Source of the DNA: an uncultured euryarchaeote
GTDB lineage: Archaea > Thermoplasmatota > Poseidoniia > Poseidoniales > Poseidoniaceae
DNA length: 37,888 nt
NCBI GenBank assembly: GCA_937897005.1
Contig: CALCOQ010000255.1
Location: forward strand, 1-37,888
Direction of reading: 5' to 3'
Part shown: one piece after another, positions 17,488-24,143 of the stretch
How positions within the stretch are numbered: position 1 is the first letter of the stretch
How the letters are laid out: every line of letters starts with the position of its first letter
Translations under genes and position numbers: made by a program
The notes under the pieces: generated by a model
What the model was told of the DNA's origin: nothing
Seen by the model: the letters and a program-made list of their open reading frames with translations, nothing else
Database searches by the model: none

Positions 17488-17880
17488 ATGAATGGCATGG
17501 TCGCTCGGGAATCCAGTATTCCCAGGATGGGATGGAAGATGGGAAGAGCCTTCAGAGAAGGAATATCAGATGAGAAAAAGGTGCGATTTCATCAAAGAAT
17601 ATCGCAGATGATGAACATTGGTGGACGGGCAAGAAGAAGTAAAGCGGACGAAGGTCCCCGTGTCAGAGTGCCAGCGATGATCACTGTTGAAGACGAAGAA
17701 TGGATCTGGGAACAGGTGAGTGCTGACGTACTGGCCTCACTATCTCATAGATTGATGATCCAAGATGCTGACGGTAACGCTCAGCCCCTAGGGTGTACTG
17801 CAGATTTCGATACCGCTCTAGCATTAGCCAAGGAAATGGCAAGTGAAGGTGAAGTCATCCTCATCGAACCCAATCTCTGA
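17488..17880 (+). CDS. hypothetical protein
   Basis: The ORF has coding-like composition. I chose the ATG at 17488 because the track start at 17416 is a TTG overlapping the previous stop. No motif recognised. Confidence 0.4.
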   Translation: MNGMVARESSIPRMGWKMGRAFREGISDEKKVRFHQRISQMMNIGGRARRSKADEGPRVRVPAMITVEDEEWIWEQVSADVLASLSHRLMIQDADGNAQPLGCTADFDTALALAKEMASEGEVILIEPNL

Positions 17881-17919
17881 ACCCACGGGTTCAATAGGAA
17901 GCAGGATTCTCCATCTTCG

Positions 17920-18204
17920 ATGATTAAGGAATTGATTCCATTAACAGAAGAAATGCTGCCATATTCACCTGAGGAAGGATTGAATGTCGCGGTGGACGGG
18001 CAACCTGCCCGATGCTGGAAATCATTCCGAGGATGGGGGAGTGAAAAGATAGTGATATTGTTTGATGAGGACCATCACAGATGGAGCGATGGGTTCACGA
18101 CCAAGTACTACGAATTCAGAGCACCGGGTAAGATGCATTGGGGTTTCGACGGTGGGGTGATGGAAATCTTCGTCATTCCTTCAGAAGGTACTGAAGAGGA
18201 ATGA
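17920..18204 (+). CDS. hypothetical small protein
   Basis: A 94-aa ORF in the same orientation as the upstream gene. No motif recognised. Confidence 0.4.
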   Translation: MIKELIPLTEEMLPYSPEEGLNVAVDGQPARCWKSFRGWGSEKIVILFDEDHHRWSDGFTTKYYEFRAPGKMHWGFDGGVMEIFVIPSEGTEEE

Positions 18205-18218
18205 AGTCGTGTTTCGCA

Positions 18219-18422
18219 TCAAAAGATGCCGAAGAACCACTCAAGGACGCCATGATTGGCAAGATAAACAACTGCTGACAGAATGATACATGCAGCATAT
18301 ATCTGACCTTTGGTGAAATGCCATGCATCCTCCGATTCCTCATCGAAATATCGAATCAGACCAGCAGCTTGTTGGATGCCACTGCCATCCTTCTTCTTGC
18401 TTTTCTTCACCGCCATGGTCAA
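18219..18422 (-). CDS. secG: preprotein translocase subunit Sec61-beta (archaeal SecG)
   Basis: The basic N-terminus, the conserved AAGLIRYFDEE motif and a single C-terminal TM (IYAACIILSAVVYLA) fit the archaeal Sec-beta pattern. Length is 67 aa. Confidence 0.75.
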   Translation of the reverse strand: MTMAVKKSKKKDGSGIQQAAGLIRYFDEESEDAWHFTKGQIYAACIILSAVVYLANHGVLEWFFGIF

Positions 18423-18475
18423 CCAGCGTGCCGGCGAAATGCCATCCCTATTTCAACGCGACGGGAATCCGGCAA

Positions 18476-19492
18476 CTACTCTTCTCCGTCTGTTGTCAGG
18501 TCAATATATGGTATTTCAGCCTCAGAACCCACTTTCTCAAGCGTCAACAGGTCCTCAGCTTCTGCACCCGTCTCCTGTGGAAGAGATTCGTCCACTTCCG
18601 CCACAGAGTCCTCGAATTCCTCTAGAGCCGGAGCGGAGGCGAAGACTTCCTCGAATTCAACATCTTCAGCACTGACCGAATGAAAAATCACCGCTTCATC
18701 CTCTTCCTCAAAGACTTGATGCCTGACTTCCTTCTCAGGATCTGCTTCGATGAGAGCAGTGTCGATTCTTGCAAACGCTCTCTCTAATGCTGCGGCATTG
18801 TCCTCATGTAGTGCTTTGGAGGAGACGTCTACATCTCTCAATGCTCTCTCTATCGCTGCTGCAGCAGAACGCCTATCGAAATCAGGAAATTCATCCTTGC
18901 CTAAACCAACCAGTTTCTTCTTCATCTCAGCTATTCTGCTCTCTCTCTTCTCAATCTCAAGCCTCAATGCAGTCCTGCACTGATTCATATGTCGATTCCA
19001 TTCTTCTGAATGGGCCTTGGTATCCATACCTGTTACTCTTGCCCATTTCTTTCTTCTCATCGGCTCCCACAATGGACGCCCCATGGCAGAACAAAGGTCC
19101 AGAACCAGTCTACACCTCCTTTCTAATGGCCCCCTGATGATTATCTGATTGAGGAATGACGATGCTAACAATCCCAAACCCCAGTATGGCCTGCTCGCAA
19201 CTTCAACCCAAACAACCTCGTCCCCAAATTCAATTCTCCATCTCTGTTCATCAAAACCCGGTAACTCCACGATCCTTGGTGGAGCATGAGCGCCGAATAC
19301 TCGCATCAACATTGCCATGACATCTCCAAGGATGATCGAACCACTGGCTGAAGGATGGTTGGCTGGACGGAGAATGCCTGTTTCTCCATTCATTTCTATT
19401 CCAAATTCATCTTTGGCCTTTCTGACCTGTGCCCACAGTACAGTCTTCACTGCATCGAGTGTGGATGGAGGTGGAGTCTCGTCCTCTGGCAC
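18476..19492 (-). CDS. hypothetical protein with a coiled-coil segment and highly acidic C-terminal third
   Basis: A 338-aa ORF with a coiled-coil-like LRLEIEKRESRIAEMKKKL segment and an acidic tail (EEEDEAVIF...EFEEVF...EEFEDSVAEVDE). No family recognised. Confidence 0.5.
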   Translation of the reverse strand: MPEDETPPPSTLDAVKTVLWAQVRKAKDEFGIEMNGETGILRPANHPSASGSIILGDVMAMLMRVFGAHAPPRIVELPGFDEQRWRIEFGDEVVWVEVASRPYWGLGLLASSFLNQIIIRGPLERRCRLVLDLCSAMGRPLWEPMRRKKWARVTGMDTKAHSEEWNRHMNQCRTALRLEIEKRESRIAEMKKKLVGLGKDEFPDFDRRSAAAAIERALRDVDVSSKALHEDNAAALERAFARIDTALIEADPEKEVRHQVFEEEDEAVIFHSVSAEDVEFEEVFASAPALEEFEDSVAEVDESLPQETGAEAEDLLTLEKVGSEAEIPYIDLTTDGEE

Positions 19493-19594
19493 ATCCTAAG
19501 GACACTGATGATATTCATCATGCTTGTGCCTAAAAATTTGATTCTTAGGGCCATATTCAAATCCGCGAACCTTCACGTCGCCTCCGGTGTGTTG

Positions 19595-20194
19595 ATGGCC
19601 AAGAAGAAATCTCCCGCAAAGAAGACTGGTGGAGCAAATAGGTCTGCAGCAGCGAAGAAAGCAGCGGAGACGCGCAAAAAGAATGCGGCTGCTAAGAAGA
19701 AAGCGGAAGAAGCAGCCGCTCGAAAGAGGAAGGCCACAGCGAAGAAAGCGGCAGAAACCAGACGAAGGAATGCTGCTGCCAAGAAGGCGGCGGCCGAAAA
19801 GAAGAAGGTGGCGGCGGCAAAGAAGGCGGCTGAAACATCCAAGAAAAGAGCGGCAGCGGTTGCGAAGAGGAAGAACGATGCAAAGAAAGCCGCGGCTACG
19901 GCTAGAGCAAAGAAGATTGCTACTACAACTCCAGCAATTCCCAAAGAAAAGAAAGAAACTCAAAAAAAGGCCGCAGCAAAGAAAACTCCAGCCAAGAAGA
20001 GTCCTGTAAGAAAGAAGGCAACTCCGAAAAAGGCTGCAGCAAAGAAAAGTCCTGCAAGAAAGAAGGCAACTCCGAAAAAGGCTGCAGCAAAGAAAACTCC
20101 AGCCAAGAAATCGGCTCCTGATGAGCGGGCGAAACTCAAGGGCCCCAGCGTCCAAGACATCATCGATCGTGCGAAGCTAAACAAAACAAATTGA
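19595..20194 (+). CDS. Lys/Ala-rich histone-H1-like / HC2-AlgP-like repeat protein (candidate nucleoid protein)
   Basis: Starts at ATG 19595 (MAKKKSPAKK...). Three AKKAAET(R/S)(K/R)(K/R)xAAA repeats are followed by KKATPKKAAAKK(S/T)PA(R/K)K repeats. An SD-like GGTG lies about 6-9 nt upstream. The long ORFs on the opposite strand are mirror artefacts. Confidence 0.6.
   Translation: MAKKKSPAKKTGGANRSAAAKKAAETRKKNAAAKKKAEEAAARKRKATAKKAAETRRRNAAAKKAAAEKKKVAAAKKAAETSKKRAAAVAKRKNDAKKAAATARAKKIATTTPAIPKEKKETQKKAAAKKTPAKKSPVRKKATPKKAAAKKSPARKKATPKKAAAKKTPAKKSAPDERAKLKGPSVQDIIDRAKLNKTN
19964..20107 (+). repeat. imperfect 48-nt tandem repeat (about 3 copies) inside the Lys/Ala-rich gene
   Basis: Units 20012-20059 and 20060-20107 are identical over their first 37 nt (aagaaggcaactccgaaaaaggctgcagcaaagaaaa). 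A more diverged copy precedes them at 19964-20011. Confidence 0.8.
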
Positions 20195-20389
20195 AGCGCA
20201 CGAATCCTTCATGGACCGTAGGTTCAATGCAAAGGTATGCCAAGAAGGAAGTACGGCCGTTTAAGGAAGGTCGTTGAACTTCCACCAAAAGGGAATTGTT
20301 CACGCTGTAGAACCGGAAAGTTCTGCCCTATCACCGGTCACGTCGGCAATCAAGTCTCACCCTCAAGAAAATGGCAAGGCCCAGACAAA

Positions 20390-21520
20390 TCAATCAAACA
20401 CATCAGGAAGAGGGATTGAATCAGCCTCGATGATCGGAACTTCTTCCACGGGGTTCTCATCGGCTTCAAGTGCCTTCTTTTTCTCTTCAAGGGCATCTCG
20501 AAGTGTCTGTGCTCTCCTGTAGACTTCCCGCAAGGTCTGATCGCCAATCTCCAGATACACTCTGGTGGTTGAGATGTTGGCATGTCCCAGCAATCGCTGA
20601 ATCGAAACCAGATCCGCACCCCTCTCTAGTAATCCGGTAGCGAAATTGTGGCGTAACACATGCGGAGTCAGCCTCCCTCGAGGTAGACCTGCTTGCTTAC
20701 CCAGTACATTCATCAATTTCTGGATTGAACGTGGTGTCAGCCGACCTCCCCTGTTATTGAGAAGTAATGCGCTATCCTCGTGTTTGTTACGATCTTCTCT
20801 TGAGGGATTCCACAGATTGATCGCCCTGATCGTCTTATCAGTGAACAGGACCATTCTGTCTTTGTTACCTTTACCTCCAACAACGCGAGCACTGTAATCT
20901 TCAACATCGATATCATATTCATCAAGATTACACAATTCACTCACTCGCATCCCAGTATCCAACAAGATGGTGATGATGATGTTGGCAACTGGGTTCTCCC
21001 AGTTCGCTGCGGTTCGTAGAACAATCTCCAGTTCATTTCTGTTCAATGTGCGGGGTAGCCTCTTACCGCGGTGTGGACGACTGATGTGGTCTGGCATGCT
21101 ATGGCCAAGCCAACGCAATAAATGCCCCGCAGCAGCCAATCTGGCATGTACTGTAGACGGTTTCAATTGATTCAGGGATTGCTGCCAAAGTTCCAATCTA
21201 CCGGTATGAGTGGCGATTCGGATATGCAATTCCTCAACAGTGAGGGAAACCGCCTGGTCTCTAGACAAGATGATCTCGCCTGGTAAGGCAGTCTCTATCA
21301 AACGTCGAACCCCAATAAGATACGATTTGCTGGTGTTCTCACTCTTACCTTCTGTCTGAAGTTGTTGTTGCCAACATCCCAACCAAGGTAGTGAAGATAT
21401 TCGAGCCAAACGCTGTGGTAGATTTGGGGGAGGGGGGTCTTTCGATACCCCGTTATCCTTATCGGCATCCAAGAATGACTGGCGCCTCTCATCAAGGCCT
21501 CTGAATCCCCTATCGCGCAT
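20390..21520 (-). CDS. xerA: tyrosine recombinase (XerA/XerC/XerD-like) with N- and C-terminal extensions
   Basis: Catalytic signature DTGMRVSEL (R), GKGNKDR (K), HVLRHNFAT (HxxR), LLGHANISTTRVY (H, Y). Confidence 0.85.
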   Translation of the reverse strand: MRDRGFRGLDERRQSFLDADKDNGVSKDPPPPNLPQRLARISSLPWLGCWQQQLQTEGKSENTSKSYLIGVRRLIETALPGEIILSRDQAVSLTVEELHIRIATHTGRLELWQQSLNQLKPSTVHARLAAAGHLLRWLGHSMPDHISRPHRGKRLPRTLNRNELEIVLRTAANWENPVANIIITILLDTGMRVSELCNLDEYDIDVEDYSARVVGGKGNKDRMVLFTDKTIRAINLWNPSREDRNKHEDSALLLNNRGGRLTPRSIQKLMNVLGKQAGLPRGRLTPHVLRHNFATGLLERGADLVSIQRLLGHANISTTRVYLEIGDQTLREVYRRAQTLRDALEEKKKALEADENPVEEVPIIEADSIPLPDVFD

Positions 21521-21650
21521 ACTAACGCCTCCTTCAATCGCCGTAGCGAGTGCATCCCTACCCCCGGAGGGGTACTGCCCACCAAGGGTATCACATCAAG
21601 AAGCCTTCGTTGAATGCCGACTCCGGCAATCGAAAATCTGGAATCCTTCT

Positions 21651-22856
21651 TCAACCCAGACCCACTGAATCGAATTGGTCCTTGGTATCCAATGCTCTGG
21701 AGGACTGAATGCTGTTTGTGACTGTTTTCAACGCTGCTCTCAATATCTTGGTCTGACCATAGAAAATGACCACATCGTCATACCTCAATTGAGTATGTGG
21801 ATCTGGATTCCATACCAATTTATTATCTCTCGATAGAGCAAACACAGGAATGGCATCCTTCATGGTGGATGGAAATACCTCTTCAATCGTCTTTCCAATG
21901 AGTGGGAGATGGTTGCGTAGATGCAAGGAAAGCGCTCCTTGTCCAGGCTGGGTTCTCATCAACTGGGCCATATCAATATCAGCAAAATCGTGATCATCCA
22001 TGATGAATTCAATGATTTTCGCCGCTACATTCACCCCACTTGCTTTCTCAATACCCTCTAGACCTGGGGAGGAGTTGACTTCGAGTACAAGCGGGCCATC
22101 GGAGCCTTCGAGTAAATCCACTCCAGCGACTTTCAACCCCAATACTCTGGCTGCGCGTTTTGCAACCTCCTCATATTCCAATGGCAGGTCTATTGGCTCC
22201 ACTACCCCATTGAGATGGAAATTAGAACGAAATTCACGGCCGCGACTTCTGCGTCTCATGCTGGCGACAACCGTGTCACCCACCACCAATGCCCGAACAT
22301 CTGTACCGTGGCTCTCAGCGATATATTCCTGGATCAACACTGCTTTTCCAGTCAACAACAATGCTTCAACCAGATTCTTTGTCTCTCTGAAAGTATGGCG
22401 AAGAAATACACCATGCCCTTGAGTTCCTTGAGTCACTTTAACCACTACTGGTAGTCCACCTACATCATCAATGGCATTCTCAACATCCCTGAGATCTCTG
22501 ACATATGCGGTCTTTGGAATCTCGATCTTGTTCTTGGCCAGTAATTGGCTGGCTCGAAGTTTATCTCTGCTTTGAATGATTCCTGAACTTGAATTTGCAG
22601 TATATATTCCGAGTTGCTCGAACTGTCGCATCAATGCAACCCCATGATCAGTGATTGAATGGCCGATTCGCGGTAGCACTACATCATGCGAAAAATGCCT
22701 GCCTTTATGCAGAATCTGGACCTTGTCCTCAGCAATCATCAACGAGAATTGCAAAGGGTCAAGAACTTCGACATCACAATTCCGTTTTCTGGCTTCTTCA
22801 ACCAGTCTCCGGGTGCTGTAAAGGCGCGGACCGCGCGACAATATTGCAAGTCTCAT
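21651..22856 (-). CDS. rimK: RimK-type ATP-grasp alpha-L-glutamate ligase fused to a C-terminal RCK_C (TrkA-C)-like domain
   Basis: The N-terminus MRLAILSRGPRLYSTRRLVEEA..EVLDP is RimK-like. ATP-grasp motifs are PVVVKVTQGTQGHGV, VLIQEYI, GVDLLE and VLEVNSSPGLEGIE. Residues ~305-378 (LPLIGKTIEEVF...VFALSRDNKLVWNPDPHTQLRYDDVVIFYGQ) fit the RCK_C pattern. Confidence 0.8.
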   Translation of the reverse strand: MRLAILSRGPRLYSTRRLVEEARKRNCDVEVLDPLQFSLMIAEDKVQILHKGRHFSHDVVLPRIGHSITDHGVALMRQFEQLGIYTANSSSGIIQSRDKLRASQLLAKNKIEIPKTAYVRDLRDVENAIDDVGGLPVVVKVTQGTQGHGVFLRHTFRETKNLVEALLLTGKAVLIQEYIAESHGTDVRALVVGDTVVASMRRRSRGREFRSNFHLNGVVEPIDLPLEYEEVAKRAARVLGLKVAGVDLLEGSDGPLVLEVNSSPGLEGIEKASGVNVAAKIIEFIMDDHDFADIDMAQLMRTQPGQGALSLHLRNHLPLIGKTIEEVFPSTMKDAIPVFALSRDNKLVWNPDPHTQLRYDDVVIFYGQTKILRAALKTVTNSIQSSRALDTKDQFDSVGLG

Positions 22857-22953
22857 CGAAGTAAACCGTACACCCCTCCCATTTCAAATCAATCCAACAA
22901 TATTGTCATTTGTCTTGAAAAGTCATGAGATTGGATTATACGTGCCTTTCAAG

Positions 22954-24048
22954 ATGAAGTCTGTGCTCCGAGGGGCCATGCCGCCCGCTTGGGGACCATC
23001 AGATGGGCCAGGAGGGCCTCCTCCAGGTACACGCCCGGGGATGACTGGCCCCGGAGGACCTCCTCCAGGTTCAGCCATGAATCAAGACGACCAAGGCTCA
23101 GAGATGGGTATCGAGAATTTGCGTTCCACGGTCAAGAAGGCACGATGGAATGTATTCATGTATCTTGGAATTGCAGCGATGATGTTCGCATTTGCATTGA
23201 TTCCACTGCCCGTTCCTGCTCCTTGGGATGATGAAACAGAATTGACTGACGATGTTTCAGGAGGGGAATTGCAGCAAGAATTACCATATCTGTTCGGAAT
23301 GCCGGTTGATGGGAGAGATGCTACTGATGTGAGATTGGTGCTTGAAGTAGTGCCAAAGGATGGAGGCACCTTCCATGTACATGTGATTGAAGCACACTGT
23401 GGAACCAACACTATCACAAATGAACTGATTGAATTTGAAACCGCGATTGCAAAAAATGAATCATTTGACAGCACCCACCGACTCTATGTTGATTCTATTC
23501 CTGCTAAGAGCTATGAAATGGAATTCAAACTCGACCCTGGTGGATATTGCCTCGTGGTAGAATACGAACACCCTGTCGGCCATTCTTTGGGATCATTGGA
23601 AGTCACTGCTTCGGTCTACGGCTTGAGAGAGATAGGTGGTGGGCTGGGTGGAATCGCATTGCTTTGGGCCACTTTCGGATTCATCGGTGCTCAACGGAAA
23701 GGCAAGATACTGAAAGAAAAGACCTCGGTTCATCGCGGTTCGATGAGTGTTGAAGAGGAAGTCATGGAGGAGACTACTCAAGCCATCATCACTGCTGGCC
23801 CAGGGAGTCCTCCAACAGAAGACCTGCCGATGGAGAGTGCGTATGCCGCTCAACCAGCGCAGCAGCCAGCACCAGCGCAGCAGCCAGCACCAGTACAACA
23901 GATGCCACCTGCCTACGCTCCGGTGAGCACACTGAACTACATTGAATCTGGAGATGGATACCACTACATCCTGAGGGATGACAACTCCTTTGATCCTCAA
24001 CCTTACATCAAGCAATCAGATGGCACTTACGTGCCATTCTCAGGTTGA
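22954..24048 (+). CDS. hypothetical two-TM membrane protein with Pro/Gly-rich N-terminus and PAQQ-repeat tail
   Basis: ATG at 22954. The N-terminus is GPGGPPPG-rich. TM helices are FMYLGIAAMMFAFALIPLPV and GGIALLWATFGFIGA. An 18-nt tandem repeat at 23863-23898 encodes QPAPAQ/QPAPVQ. No family recognised. Confidence 0.55.
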   Translation: MKSVLRGAMPPAWGPSDGPGGPPPGTRPGMTGPGGPPPGSAMNQDDQGSEMGIENLRSTVKKARWNVFMYLGIAAMMFAFALIPLPVPAPWDDETELTDDVSGGELQQELPYLFGMPVDGRDATDVRLVLEVVPKDGGTFHVHVIEAHCGTNTITNELIEFETAIAKNESFDSTHRLYVDSIPAKSYEMEFKLDPGGYCLVVEYEHPVGHSLGSLEVTASVYGLREIGGGLGGIALLWATFGFIGAQRKGKILKEKTSVHRGSMSVEEEVMEETTQAIITAGPGSPPTEDLPMESAYAAQPAQQPAPAQQPAPVQQMPPAYAPVSTLNYIESGDGYHYILRDDNSFDPQPYIKQSDGTYVPFSG

Positions 24049-24143
24049 GTTCGTGAATCGGCTATCCAACCCCCCTGTTGCTTGTTCTTATTGGGCGAGC
24101 CTTCAAAGGGTCCCAGCGGCGCCTGATTATCACAGGTCAGAAG

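Noticed and set aside
19496-20155. Long minus-strand ORFs (219, 123 and 74 aa) and alternative plus-frame ORFs across the Lys/Ala repeat region
   Set aside because: These are mirror or frame-shifted readings of the AAG/GCN repeats. They give Cys/Leu/Phe/Ser- or Arg-rich nonsense. Only the plus-strand frame starting at ATG 19595 has a clean start with an SD-like GGTG and gives a coherent histone-H1-like product.
20237-20419. A 60-aa basic ORF with CSRC…C…H (MPRRKYGRLRKVVELPPKGNCSRCRTGKFCPITGH) in the gap between the Lys/Ala-rich gene and xerA
   Set aside because: It superficially resembles a zinc-ribbon ribosomal-type mini-protein, but it matches no family I recognise. It has only three Cys plus one His, and it overlaps the xerA 3' end by 30 nt. 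The evidence is too weak to annotate. Ribosome profiling or conservation analysis could revive it.
5315-21520. tRNA-Ser plus a tyrosine recombinase as the boundaries of an integrated element
   Set aside because: The two are about 15 kb apart. The respiratory operon and housekeeping genes lie between them. I saw no repeat of the tRNA 3' end elsewhere in the window.
21521-21650. The 130-nt gap between rimK and xerA as a possible small RNA (short cccc-gga-gggg hairpin)
   Set aside because: There is only one short hairpin and no extended conserved-looking secondary structure or known RNA motif. It is more simply the xerA promoter/leader region, and the overlapping ORF 21298-21654 has no motif.
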